Positions 27,371-36,056 of a stretch of 64,000 bases of DNA are shown here, one piece after another. The position numbers were made by a program, and so were the translations under genes. The number at the start of each line of letters is the position of its first letter. Position 1 is the first letter of the stretch. Origin of the DNA: an uncultured archaeon. GTDB taxonomy: Archaea > Aenigmatarchaeota > Aenigmatarchaeia > PWEA01 > JAGHBM01. The DNA is taken from assembly GCA_964584335.1 (NCBI GenBank), contig CAZOZN010000002.1:8025-72024 (forward strand). The letters are read 5' to 3'. The notes beneath the pieces are model-generated. The model did not search any database and was not told where the DNA came from. It saw only the letters and a program-made list of their open reading frames with translations.

Positions 27371-28321
27371 ATGATTGAAAAGTCTACTGAGATATCAAAC
27401 CCAGATTTCGGAAATTACCCCGGAGAAAGAAAAACAATAGAAATAATAAATAATGGTATAGTTGTTCTAGACAAGCCATCAGGACCCACTTCTCATCAAG
27501 TAGCTTCATGGGTTAAAAATATATTGAAAATAAAAAAGGTAGGTCACTCGGGTACTCTAGACCCTAAGGTTACGGGCGTTTTAGTTCTAACTCTAGGAAA
27601 AGCTACAAAAATGATACCTGCTTTAATGGGATTAGACAAGGAATATGTTTCCATAATGCATCTTCACGAAAATGTTTCAAGAAAAGACCTTGAAGAAACA
27701 GTCAAAAAATTCACGGGAAAAATAAAACAAAAACCACCTAAAAGAAGTGCGGTAAAAAGAAGAAGAAGAGTGAGAGAAATATACGACATTAAAATATTAG
27801 AAAGAAAGGAAAACGACGTTTTATTGGATATTAAATGCCAAAAAGGCACTTACGTAAGAAAATTAATACACGACATGGGCAAAGATTTAGGAAAGGGGGC
27901 GCACATGAAAGAGCTAAGAAGAATAAAGGTCGGCCCATTTGATGAAAGTTCATGCGTAAATCTTCAGGAGCTAAAAGATTCTTTTGTTCTGTGGGAAGAG
28001 GAAAAAGAAAATAAAATAAGGGAAATTATAAAACCGGTCGAATTCGGTGCAGAACACCTTAAAAAAATAATAGTAAGAGACAGTGCAGTAAACGCTCTTT
28101 GCAACGGAGCACCTCTTGCTGTTGGAGGTATATGCAAACTTGATGAAAAAATAAAAAAAGGAGACATGGTTGCTGTACTAACACTCAAAGGGGAATTGAT
28201 AGCTCTGGGTTATTCGAAAATGGACTCGGAAGAAATAAAGAATTCTAAAAGGGGAATAGCGACAAGCACTGATAGGGTAATCATGAAAATTGATTTATAC
28301 CCGAAAATGTGGAAGAAATGA
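27371..28321 (+). CDS. cbf5: H/ACA RNP pseudouridine synthase Cbf5 (TruB family, PUA domain).
   Basis: VVLDKPSGPTSHQV...KVGHSGTLDPKVTGVLVL is the TruB catalytic motif with the catalytic Asp; C-terminal PUA-like region. Confidence 0.85.
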   Translation: MIEKSTEISNPDFGNYPGERKTIEIINNGIVVLDKPSGPTSHQVASWVKNILKIKKVGHSGTLDPKVTGVLVLTLGKATKMIPALMGLDKEYVSIMHLHENVSRKDLEETVKKFTGKIKQKPPKRSAVKRRRRVREIYDIKILERKENDVLLDIKCQKGTYVRKLIHDMGKDLGKGAHMKELRRIKVGPFDESSCVNLQELKDSFVLWEEEKENKIREIIKPVEFGAEHLKKIIVRDSAVNALCNGAPLAVGGICKLDEKIKKGDMVAVLTLKGELIALGYSKMDSEEIKNSKRGIATSTDRVIMKIDLYPKMWKK

Positions 28322-28328
28322 TATAATA

Positions 28329-29489
28329 TCAATCGAGTTCGTTGTAAATTCTCAAGAATACCCCATTGGTCCATCCGAATCCTGTCTCCACGGGATACCT
28401 GCCTCTGTTGCCAACATCTCCCTTTACCACATCATATTTTTCCCAGAACTTGCCGGTATCAAGAAATACCTTTCTATTCATATCAAGCCATTTAAATCCT
28501 ATTCTCTCTGCATCATCCCTGAAACCATAGTTCAAAAGACCCTTGACAACTATCCAATGGAGAGGTGCCCATCCATTAGGGTAATCCCACTGTCTGATAC
28601 CAATAAGTCTTTTCTTCTGAGTGGCGGCAAGACCTCCTGTATATTCAAATTTTTTCAATTCTTTAACCGTTTCTTTTGACTGTTTTTTTGTAGCCAGCCC
28701 GGCCCATAAAGGAAAGAAACCGGCAAGTGAATAAAAATTACTCTGCTTAACATCTTTGTAATTATAATCAAAGAAAAATCCTTTATTGCGATTCCACATG
28801 AGACTTCTCATGACCCTTTTTCTCTTTTCTGCAAGTTTAGAGAAATTCTTGCTTTTCTTTTTATTGCCTAAAATGTCGTGAATATGTTCCAGGTCTCTTT
28901 CGTACTTGTAAAGACACGAATTCAAATCAACAGGCAAAAAATCCTTGCATTTTCCGCCAAAACGTGAGGTCATGTCCCAGCCTGATTCATGTTCTGAGAC
29001 TGTATTAGAAGAATACCTATCACAATATCTAGAAAGACCTTTGTAAACAAGATGTGCTTTCCACTTTTCCTCAGAATATTGCCAATAACCTTTTAATTCA
29101 TTCTCAGCAGTAACAGAAACTCTTTTAAGCCATTTTTTGTCCTTAGTCTTTTCGAAAACTTCTAAAATCATTGAAGTGAGAAAGGGTGCCTGAGAAATGA
29201 GAGTGTTGTAATACCTATTTCTGGAGGGAATAAAACCCATTTTATTGAAAAGGTATTCAAAATTATTTATCATTCCTTCGGCTAATTTTTCTTTTCCCGA
29301 GTCAACAAGGCCTAGAATTATAAAATAACTGTCCCAGTAAAACTGGTCCTTGTCGAATTTTATATGATTGGGTGCAACGAATGGGTTTGGCAGGCCCAGA
29401 TGAAAACCGGAATCCTTTTTAAATTTGAAAGTAGATTTGCTCCAATAATCGTCTATATAATCAAAACATTTCTTATAGTCATAAGGCAT
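28329..29489 (-). CDS. Glycoside hydrolase family 37 alpha,alpha-trehalase.
   Basis: Trehalase signature-2-like QWDYPNGWAPLHW and signature-1-like FYWDSYFIILGL; 386 aa; no signal peptide. Confidence 0.75.
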   Translation of the reverse strand: MPYDYKKCFDYIDDYWSKSTFKFKKDSGFHLGLPNPFVAPNHIKFDKDQFYWDSYFIILGLVDSGKEKLAEGMINNFEYLFNKMGFIPSRNRYYNTLISQAPFLTSMILEVFEKTKDKKWLKRVSVTAENELKGYWQYSEEKWKAHLVYKGLSRYCDRYSSNTVSEHESGWDMTSRFGGKCKDFLPVDLNSCLYKYERDLEHIHDILGNKKKSKNFSKLAEKRKRVMRSLMWNRNKGFFFDYNYKDVKQSNFYSLAGFFPLWAGLATKKQSKETVKELKKFEYTGGLAATQKKRLIGIRQWDYPNGWAPLHWIVVKGLLNYGFRDDAERIGFKWLDMNRKVFLDTGKFWEKYDVVKGDVGNRGRYPVETGFGWTNGVFLRIYNELD

Positions 29490-29610
29490 AATATTTTTAA
29501 AGTTTTTATATAAAAATAAGCTTTAAATACCTTTGTTTATTAATTTTAAAGGTTAAAAAGATGGTAAACAACAAAAGTAAAACTTTAATGTTTTATCACA
29601 AAGTGATAGA

Positions 29611-29775
29611 ATGACCATAAGCAAGGAACTTTTGGATATACTGGCCTGCCCTAAATGCAAGGGTGAAATAAAGCTAGAAAAAGACTATATAATATGTGAA
29701 AAATGCAGGCTTAAATTCAATATACTGAAAGGAGATATCCCTGACATGTTAATAGAAGATGCTGAAAAGTTTTAA
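29611..29775 (+). CDS. Trm112-like (UPF0434) small zinc-ribbon protein, 54 aa (below the ORF-track cut-off).
   Basis: Manual translation: MTISKELLDILACPKCKGEIKLEKDYIICEKCRLKFNILKGDIPDMLIEDAEKF, the classical Trm112 pattern (LLDILACPxCKG...CxxC...GIPDML). Confidence 0.5.
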   Translation: MTISKELLDILACPKCKGEIKLEKDYIICEKCRLKFNILKGDIPDMLIEDAEKF

Positions 29776-29828
29776 ATCAAAAAAACCATCAAAAATATAA
29801 GCCTAAAAAATATAAACCCCGTATAGAT

Positions 29829-30049
29829 GCTGGGGTGGCCGAGCCAGGCTAAAGGCGCTGGAGTTCTATACAACGGCGAGACTTGAGTACCTGGTATTGT
29901 CCATCAATCTGGGAATGATCAAATGGCTTGAATCTGACTATGGCGGAGATGATGATGGATGGCTAAGATATCCAGTTCCACGAAAGATGATGTTGATTTT
30001 TTCGCATCAGTTGAATGGAGCGGGGGTTCGAATCCCTCCCCCAGCGCCA
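29829..30049 (+). tRNA. Class-II (Ser-type: 3-bp D-stem, discriminator G) tRNA gene of 221 nt with ~130 nt of intronic insertion. Probably more than one intron. Anticodon not resolved by eye (candidates include TGA).
   Basis: Acceptor GCTGGGG/CCCCAGC with G discriminator and CCA; D-arm GCC-GAGCCAGGCTAAA-GGC; 5' anticodon-stem half CTGGA (29858-29862) and its complement TCCAG at 29971-29975; T-arm GGGGG-TTCGAAT-CCCTC at 30022-30038. Confidence 0.6.
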
Positions 30050-30068
30050 AAAAAACAGAGGTAATATA

Positions 30069-30578
30069 ATGAGAAAGAACAAGAGTCGAGTAAAAGAAGG
30101 TAAAGAGAAGAAAGAGAGAAAAAGCGAGAACTTGTTAGAGATAGTAAGATTAATGGCAACTGACTTAAACGGAAAGATAAAAATAAGAGATTCGTTGAGA
30201 AAGATAAAAGGAATAAACTTTGCAACAACCAAATTAATTTGTCAGAAAGCAGGCATAAATCCGGATAAAATTACAGGAAAGATAACGGATGAAGAAAAAA
30301 AGAAAATAGAAGAATTTATAAAAAATCCGGAAAAATTTGGAATTCCTGATTACATGTTTAATTTAAGAAACAACCCGGACACGGGAAAAAGCGAACACTT
30401 GACAGGAGCGGACTTGCAGATAAAATTAAGAAACACAATAAACCAAAAAAAGAAATTGGGTTCTTATGTGGGACTGAGACATAGAGAAGGTCTTCCTGTG
30501 AGAGGACAAAGAACAAAATCAAGTTTTAGAAAAAGTAAAAGTGTCGGAGTTTCAAGGCAGAGACTTAAGCAGAAATAG
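30069..30578 (+). CDS. rps13: Ribosomal protein uS13. The ORF-track start at 30015 lies inside the tRNA; the ATG at 30069 with SD GAGGT is preferred.
   Basis: LLEIVRLMATDLNGKIKIRDSLRKIKGINFATTKLICQKAGI is the S13 N-terminus; Lys/Arg-rich C-terminus. Confidence 0.9.
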   Translation: MRKNKSRVKEGKEKKERKSENLLEIVRLMATDLNGKIKIRDSLRKIKGINFATTKLICQKAGINPDKITGKITDEEKKKIEEFIKNPEKFGIPDYMFNLRNNPDTGKSEHLTGADLQIKLRNTINQKKKLGSYVGLRHREGLPVRGQRTKSSFRKSKSVGVSRQRLKQK

Positions 30579-30586
30579 GTGATTAA

Positions 30587-31063
30587 ATGGGAGATCCCAG
30601 AAAAAAAAGGAAGAAGTATGAAAAACCACTTAGGCCTTGGGATAAAAAAAGGATAGAAGAAGAATTAGAATTAATAAGAAGGTACGGTCTTAGAAGAAAA
30701 AACGAAATCTACAGAACAGAAAGCATATTAAGAAGCTTTAGAAGACACGCAAGAAACCTTGCAGCAAACAAAAACGAAAAACAAGAAAAAGAACTTATAG
30801 AAAAACTTAACAACCTGGGTCTAATAGAAAAAGATTCTACATTAGATGATGTGCTTGAGTTAAAACTGGAAGACATACTTGAAAGGAGACTTCAGACAAT
30901 GCTATTCAAAAAAGGTCTTGTAAAGACTCCAAAACAGGCGAGGCAGTTTATAGTTCATGGCCATGTTAAAGTCGATAAGGTTAAGATAAAATGGCCTTCT
31001 TATATTTTACCAAAAAAATTCGAAAAAAACATAAAAATAAACATAGGTGTTGAAAATGACTGA
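30587..31063 (+). CDS. rps4: Ribosomal protein uS4.
   Basis: [42 protein letters not shown] plus C-terminal S4 domain. Confidence 0.9.
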   Translation: MGDPRKKRKKYEKPLRPWDKKRIEEELELIRRYGLRRKNEIYRTESILRSFRRHARNLAANKNEKQEKELIEKLNNLGLIEKDSTLDDVLELKLEDILERRLQTMLFKKGLVKTPKQARQFIVHGHVKVDKVKIKWPSYILPKKFEKNIKINIGVEND

Positions 31064-31442
31064 GAGAGTTGGTATAGCGCATATATATTCATCTAAAAAC
31101 AATACAATTATTCATATTACAGATATAACCGGAGCAGAGACTATAGCAAGGATATCTGGGGGCGTGGTAACAAAGAACGACAGAGAAAAGGGTAACCCAT
31201 TCCCTGCCTTGATAGCAGCAAAAAGAGTTGCAGAAGAAGCTAAAAACAAAGGAATAACAAAATTAAATGTAAAGGTAAGGGCTCCTGGAGGTCACAAATC
31301 AAAAAACCCAAGCAAGGGAGCACAACCAGCAATAAGAGCCCTAGTAAGATCCGGCTTTAGGATAGGTGATATAGAAGATGTCACACCATTACCCCATGAC
31401 AGCACTAGAAAAAAAGGTGGTAGAAGGGGTAGGAGGTTATAA
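31047..31442 (+). CDS. rps11: Ribosomal protein uS11.
   Basis: [31 protein letters not shown]...[14 protein letters not shown] is S11. Confidence 0.9.
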   Translation: MLKMTERVGIAHIYSSKNNTIIHITDITGAETIARISGGVVTKNDREKGNPFPALIAAKRVAEEAKNKGITKLNVKVRAPGGHKSKNPSKGAQPAIRALVRSGFRIGDIEDVTPLPHDSTRKKGGRRGRRL

Positions 31443-31443
31443 G

Positions 31444-32043
31444 ATGAAGATAAAGATAACCAAAAAAAACAATGAAAAAATAGAATTTGAAATTGATAAA
31501 GCAACGCCAGCATTTGCAAATGCACTAAGAAGGGTAATGATGATGGAAGTCCCTGTTCTCGCTATAGATGATGCGAGCTTTAGAAAAAATAATTCACCTT
31601 TATTCGACGAAGTGATTGGACACAGGCTTGGTTTAATACCTTTAAAATTTAAGCCAAGGACGCTGAACAAAATGGGCGATTGTAGCTGTAACGGGGAAGG
31701 TTGTATAAACTGTCAGGTAGTTTTTGTTTTAGACAAAAAAGGTCCTTGTACTGTATACAGCAAAGACCTTAAGAGCACAAACCCAGAAGTAAAACCGCTA
31801 TATGAAAAAATTCCAATAACAAAATTAGGGGAAAACCAAGAACTAAATTTAGAGGCAGTGGCAACCATGGGAACTGGAAAAGAGCACGTAAAATGGAAAG
31901 CATCAAATACTTTTTACAGTTACGATAAAGACAAGTTTAATTTCACAGTTGAAACAATGTCGGGCCTAAGCCCAAAAGAAATAGTAATACAGGGAACAGA
32001 AATATTAGAGAATAAAGCAAAAGAATTAATTAAGTTACTGTAG
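31444..32043 (+). CDS. rpoD: DNA-directed RNA polymerase subunit D (Rpo3). Start taken at ATG 31444 after SD AGGAGGT rather than the ORF-track 31378.
   Basis: ATPAFANALRRVMMMEVPVLAIDDASFRKNNSPLFDEVIGHRLGLIPLKF is the RpoD dimerisation domain; Cys cluster CSCNGEGCINC; canonical S11-rpoD order. Confidence 0.85.
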   Translation: MKIKITKKNNEKIEFEIDKATPAFANALRRVMMMEVPVLAIDDASFRKNNSPLFDEVIGHRLGLIPLKFKPRTLNKMGDCSCNGEGCINCQVVFVLDKKGPCTVYSKDLKSTNPEVKPLYEKIPITKLGENQELNLEAVATMGTGKEHVKWKASNTFYSYDKDKFNFTVETMSGLSPKEIVIQGTEILENKAKELIKLL

Positions 32044-32193
32044 CGGGGGTACCCAAGAAAGCTTTTTGCTTTGGGAATGGTCAAAGGGGCTAGAAGTTAT
32101 GGTCAAGCTTAGGATTGATTTGTTCGACGCTAGGTAAATAGGAAACCTAGTGACTTAGTGTCTTCATGAGTTCGAATCTCATCCCCCGCACCA
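32043..32193 (+). tRNA. Leu-type tRNA (discriminator A, 3-bp D-stem, long variable region) of 151 nt with ~65 nt of extra sequence. Likely an 18-nt insertion in the D-loop plus anticodon-region intron(s). Anticodon not resolved.
   Basis: Acceptor GCGGGGG/CCCCCGC, A, CCA; D-stem CCC...GGG with a loop containing hairpin AAAGC-TTTTT-GCTTT; T-arm TGAG-TTCGAAT-CTCA at 32167-32182; duplicated ATGGTCAAG segments at 32077-32086 and 32099-32107. Confidence 0.5.
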
Positions 32194-32210
32194 AAAAAGA
32201 GGAATGTTAA

Positions 32211-32549
32211 ATGAAAAAAAATACCAGAATTAAAAAATTGATAGAAAAAACATCAGAAAAAGATGAAAAGATTTGGAAAGATATAGCCAGGAGGCTATCA
32301 AAACCGAGAAGAAATATGGCTGAAGTTAATATAAACAAAATAAAAAGATTTGCAAAAGAAAAAGAGACAATAGTGGTTCCTGGTAAAGTTCTTGGTTACG
32401 GTAATTTAGACAAAAAAGTTGAAATAGCTGCATTTTCATTTTCAAAAACTGCCGAAGAAAAGATAAAGAAAAAAGGCGGGAACTGCATTAAAATAGAGGA
32501 TTTTCTAAAAAATAAACCTAAAGGAGTAAAAGTGAGATTGATGGGGTGA
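32211..32549 (+). CDS. rpl18e: Ribosomal protein eL18 (L18e).
   Basis: IWKDIARRLSKPRRNMAEVNINKIKRFAKEKETIVVPGKVLGYGNL is L18e; conserved rpoD-L18e-L13-S9-rpoN order. Confidence 0.85.
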   Translation: MKKNTRIKKLIEKTSEKDEKIWKDIARRLSKPRRNMAEVNINKIKRFAKEKETIVVPGKVLGYGNLDKKVEIAAFSFSKTAEEKIKKKGGNCIKIEDFLKNKPKGVKVRLMG

Positions 32550-32553
32550 AGAA

Positions 32554-32961
32554 ATGGATAACTTTATAATAGATGCAAAGGACCAAGTACTAGGAAGATT
32601 ATCATCTTCTGTAGCAAAGAAATTACTAAATGGAGAAAGAATAATAATAATAAACAGCAAGAAAACTATAGTTAGCGGTAAGCCGAATATAATAATGAAA
32701 GATTTCGTCACAAAAAGAGAAAGAGGCGACCCATTTCACGGTCCATTCTATCCAAAAACTCCAAACGGAATTCTAAGAAGGTCGATAAGAGGCATGATAC
32801 CCTATAAGAAAACTAAAGGAAGGGAAGCTTTAAAAAGACTTAAAATTTATGAGGATAATCCAAAAAAACTTGAAGGTAAAAAAATACAAAAAACAAGAAA
32901 AGATTTGGATTGCAAATACATGACACTAGAAGAAATATCAAAAAAACTAAAAGGTAAGTAA
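32554..32961 (+). CDS. rpl13: Ribosomal protein uL13.
   Basis: IIDAKDQVLGRLSSSVAKKLLNGERIIIINSKK is the L13 N-terminus. Confidence 0.9.
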   Translation: MDNFIIDAKDQVLGRLSSSVAKKLLNGERIIIINSKKTIVSGKPNIIMKDFVTKRERGDPFHGPFYPKTPNGILRRSIRGMIPYKKTKGREALKRLKIYEDNPKKLEGKKIQKTRKDLDCKYMTLEEISKKLKGK

Positions 32962-32962
32962 A

Positions 32963-33370
32963 ATGACCAAAAAAAATAAGCCGACAATAGGAAAAAGAAA
33001 AGAAGCCGTAGCAAAAGCATTTGTAGAAAAAGGTAACGGAAAGATAAAAGTAAACGGTAAATTATTAGAAAACATGAGACCAGAAATAGTAATGTTAATG
33101 ATAAAAGAGCCACTAATGATAGCTGGAGATTTGTCTAAAAAAGTAAATATAAATGTAAGTGTTAGTGGTGGAGGAATAATAGGACAAGCAGAAGCTGTAA
33201 GGCAGGCAATAGCAAACGGTTTAATAAAGTTCGGCGGGAAAAAATACAAGAAAATATTTGAAGATTATGACAGGCACTTGATAGTTAAGGATTCAAGAAG
33301 AACAGAACCTCATAAACCATCAAGGTCTTCGCAGGGACCAAGAAGACATAAACAAAGGAGTAAAAGGTGA
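32963..33370 (+). CDS. rps9: Ribosomal protein uS9.
   Basis: C-terminal ...[24 protein letters not shown] is the S9 signature. Confidence 0.9.
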   Translation: MTKKNKPTIGKRKEAVAKAFVEKGNGKIKVNGKLLENMRPEIVMLMIKEPLMIAGDLSKKVNINVSVSGGGIIGQAEAVRQAIANGLIKFGGKKYKKIFEDYDRHLIVKDSRRTEPHKPSRSSQGPRRHKQRSKR

Positions 33371-33374
33371 TGTT

Positions 33375-33569
33375 ATGATTATACCAGTTAGATGTGTAAG
33401 TTGCGGTAAACCCATAGGCCACTTATGGGAAGAATTTAAAAAAGAAGTTGAGAGCGGAAAAGACCCAAAAAAAGTACTCGACAAGCTAGGTGTTGAAAGA
33501 TATTGTTGTAGAAGTTCTTTTATAACAAACGTTGATTTGATTGATTATATGTTGGAATCGAACGAATAG
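33375..33569 (+). CDS. rpoN: RNA polymerase subunit N (Rpo10).
   Basis: [21 protein letters not shown]...ERYCCR is the Rpo10 Zn motif. Confidence 0.85.
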   Translation: MIIPVRCVSCGKPIGHLWEEFKKEVESGKDPKKVLDKLGVERYCCRSSFITNVDLIDYMLESNE

Positions 33570-33606
33570 TTAGTTTTATATTTGGCTGAAACAAAAATTA
33601 ATTGGT

Positions 33607-35004
33607 GTGAGGGTGTACAAAAAAGCTGTTTTTTACTTGGGAATAGCATTAATATTTTCAATATTTATTTCTCCATTTTCACTTGCAGATATAAATGTCG
33701 ATTTGAAGACCGACAACCTTTACCTTTCTCCTGGTTCCTATCTGTTACAAATAGAAGGAGAGGAGGGTGAAGACTACGGAGTAACTTCAATAGGTCCTTA
33801 CAGAAGCTGGGTGTTATTCGAGAATGACTACGTCTCAACAAAAAATGGAAAAGGAGAAGTAAATTTTTCAATATATTTGCCTGAAAAAGCAAAGGCGGGT
33901 TCTTATAAATTTCCTATACTAGTTTACAAAATGTCTAACAGCTCGGTATACTCCATAGAAAATTACAAGCTTATAATAGAAGAAAAAACAGAAGCAAAAA
34001 TAATGGATTTAGAAATAAACAAAGACTCTTTCAGTCCTGGAGATAAAATAAAAATAAACACAACATTGAAAAACACAGGAACGTCCGACCTTGAAGAATT
34101 GAATTTATTAATAGAATATCAGGGACCTGATTTTTATGAGAAAGAAGAAAAAACGTTTTCTCTGTACGTAGAAGAAGAAAAAAGTTTTGATGAAGACTTT
34201 GAAACATCTATAAATCAAAACCCGGGAGAATATAAGATATTAACTACTATGTCTAAGTTTGGTAAAAAATTGGACTCAAAAACAAGAATATTTGAAATAC
34301 AAGAAATCGGTAAAATAAAGAAAACCCATGAATCATCTTGGAGAGTATTGCAAGAATCAGGAGAATTTAGACTAGAAAACACAGGAAATATAGAAAAAGA
34401 AGAAGAAATACAGATGGAAATAACAAAACCATGGGATTGGTTTATATTCTTCTCAGAAATGCCAGTCATAAAAGACGAAGGAACAAAGATGTCTTACTCT
34501 TGGAAAATGAGTTTAAAACCGGGAGAATCAAAGAACATAAGTTATAACATTCATTATTGGCCATTCGTAATAATAGCAATAGTTCTTATATACGGAATTT
34601 ATTTAGCATCAAAACAAATAAGAAAACCGAACATAAAAAAACATTCTATAGAAACCAAAGTTTTAGACGATGACAGAAAAGAAATAATGGTTGCAATAGA
34701 AATAAAGACTTGCGGAAAGAAGATGAAAGATGTCGTAATAAAGGACAGGATACCGCCGATGGGTAATGTAATTAAAAAATATTTCAAAACCATAAAACCC
34801 ACAGTAAGTAAACAAGATAACGGCACAATTTTAAGATGGAAAATAAAGAACCTAGAAAAAAATGAAAATATAATACTAACATATAAATTCAGGACATCAA
34901 TTGGAACCACTGATTATATAAAATTGCCAAAAGCTGTTCTAAGTGCTAAAATAAACAAAGTATATACGGAATATTTCTCAAATTCTCTTAAAATAAAAGA
35001 ATGA
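33607..35004 (+). CDS. Secreted/membrane-anchored protein with signal peptide, CARDB-like beta-sandwich segment and a mid-protein TM helix; GTG start.
   Basis: N-terminal hydrophobic signal (AVFYLGIALIFSIFISPFSLA); KIKINTTLKNTGTSDLEELNLLIEY is CARDB-like; TM WPFVIIAIVLIYGIYLA; Lys-rich tail. Confidence 0.45.
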   Translation: MRVYKKAVFYLGIALIFSIFISPFSLADINVDLKTDNLYLSPGSYLLQIEGEEGEDYGVTSIGPYRSWVLFENDYVSTKNGKGEVNFSIYLPEKAKAGSYKFPILVYKMSNSSVYSIENYKLIIEEKTEAKIMDLEINKDSFSPGDKIKINTTLKNTGTSDLEELNLLIEYQGPDFYEKEEKTFSLYVEEEKSFDEDFETSINQNPGEYKILTTMSKFGKKLDSKTRIFEIQEIGKIKKTHESSWRVLQESGEFRLENTGNIEKEEEIQMEITKPWDWFIFFSEMPVIKDEGTKMSYSWKMSLKPGESKNISYNIHYWPFVIIAIVLIYGIYLASKQIRKPNIKKHSIETKVLDDDRKEIMVAIEIKTCGKKMKDVVIKDRIPPMGNVIKKYFKTIKPTVSKQDNGTILRWKIKNLEKNENIILTYKFRTSIGTTDYIKLPKAVLSAKINKVYTEYFSNSLKIKE

Positions 35005-35040
35005 AATTTTTATATACTTTAATGTTAAATTATTCTTAAT

Positions 35041-35163
35041 CCCCGGATAGCTCAGCGGTAGAGCGGTCGGCTGTAGACTCATACTAAAAGTATTAGTTGA
35101 ATAGCAATCGTTCAAAAAGCAGGAACCGACAGGTCCTGTGTTCGAATCACAGTCCGGGGACCA
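35041..35163 (+). tRNA. tRNA-Tyr(GTA) with a 47-nt intron at the canonical anticodon-loop position (37/38); encoded CCA.
   Basis: Acceptor CCCCGGA/TCCGGGG, discriminator A; D-arm GCTC-AGCGGTA-GAGC; anticodon stem GTCGG, loop CTGTAG|intron|A, 3' stem CCGAC; T-arm CTGTG-TTCGAAT-CACAG. Confidence 0.75.
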
Positions 35164-35318
35164 AAATTATAATTATAAATAACTACAAAAAAGTAAAAAA
35201 TCGACTGTTTTCTTTATGACGAAATCTGAGAGGTGCCCAATAAAGGCTCTAGATGGTAAATAAGAGTATATTTAAACTAACCGAAAGCTTTTTAAAGGTT
35301 TTCATACTAATAGTAGAC

Positions 35319-35433
<115 letters not shown>

Positions 35434-35548
35434 ATCAATAAATCATGTTCACTTGGGGTCGATAAGATTTTAATGAAAAAAATTAGCCTGTTAGAATTAC
35501 CTATTTAAAGCTTTATAACTAACATTTAGAGTTAACTATTAAAAATTT

Positions 35549-35647
35549 GCCCCGGTAGTGTAGCGGTCTAGCATACGGCCCTGTCGGGACCCTCAGTAAA
35601 GTTGCGGTAAGGCTGTGACCCGGGTTCGAATCCCGGCTGGGGCGCCA
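35549..35647 (+). tRNA. Class-I tRNA (99 nt) with a ~23-nt intron in the anticodon loop; best model is tRNA-Asp(GTC).
   Basis: Acceptor GCCCCGG/CTGGGGC (one G-U), G, CCA; D-arm GTGT-AGCGGTCTAGC-ATAC; candidate anticodon stem CGGCC, loop CTGTCG|intron 35587-35609|A, GGCTG; variable TGAC; T-arm CCGGG-TTCGAAT-CCCGG. Confidence 0.5.
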
Positions 35648-35653
35648 AAGATT

Positions 35654-35742
35654 GGGCCTATAGCTCAGCCTGGTAGAGCACCGGCCTTTTAACATTAGAG
35701 GAAAGCCGGGTGTCGAGGGTTCGAATCCCTCTGGGCCCGCCA
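35654..35742 (+). tRNA. tRNA-Lys(TTT) with a 12-nt intron at 37/38.
   Basis: Acceptor GGGCCTA/TGGGCCC, G, CCA; D-arm GCTC-AGCCTGGTA-GAGC; anticodon stem CCGGC, loop CTTTTA|ACATTAGAGGAA|A, GCCGG; variable GTGTC; T-arm GAGGG-TTCGAAT-CCCTC. Confidence 0.65.
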
Positions 35743-35761
35743 GAAGTCTTTAACAGTTGGT

Positions 35762-36049
35762 GTGAAAATGTCAAAAAGTGAAAAAAATAAAATCGAAAAG
35801 GAAGAAAGCACTGAAAAAGAATTCAAACTAACAGACCATTTTCTAGTACCTAAACATGAAATAATAACAAAGGAAGGAAAAGAAAAAATACTTGATAAGT
35901 TAAACGTAAGTGAAAAACAAATACCTGTAATACTAAAATCTGATCCAATAGTAAAAGAAATAAAAGCAAAACCCGGCGACATGATAAGAATAACAAGAAA
36001 AAGCCAGGTTTCCGGTCAAATAGAATATTACAGAATTGTTTCGAAGTAG
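35762..36049 (+). CDS. rpoH: RNA polymerase subunit H (Rpo5).
   Basis: HFLVPKHEIITKEGKEKILDKLNVSEKQIPVILKSDPIVKEIKAKPGDMIRITRKS matches the RpoH consensus; first gene of the rpoH-B-A operon. Confidence 0.8.
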   Translation: MKMSKSEKNKIEKEESTEKEFKLTDHFLVPKHEIITKEGKEKILDKLNVSEKQIPVILKSDPIVKEIKAKPGDMIRITRKSQVSGQIEYYRIVSK

Positions 36050-36056
36050 TGATTTT

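Noticed and set aside
28290-28679. 129-aa plus-strand ORF overlapping the 3' part of the trehalase gene.
   Set aside because: Antisense to a confidently identified GH37 gene; no motifs; starts inside the cbf5 3' end.
30015-30068. ORF-track N-terminal extensions of rps13 (30015), NUDIX (51118) and rpoD (31378) as the true starts.
   Set aside because: The extensions lie inside tRNA genes or inside the preceding r-protein gene. Downstream ATGs with SD-like GAGGT/AGGAGGT at appropriate spacing give proteins of canonical length.
29963-30232. Minus-strand ORFs 29963..30232 and 30007..30228 across the tRNA and the rps13 5' end.
   Set aside because: They overlap a structured tRNA gene and the rps13 start region on the opposite strand; low-complexity translations (LFLLSFSTNLLFLSF...).
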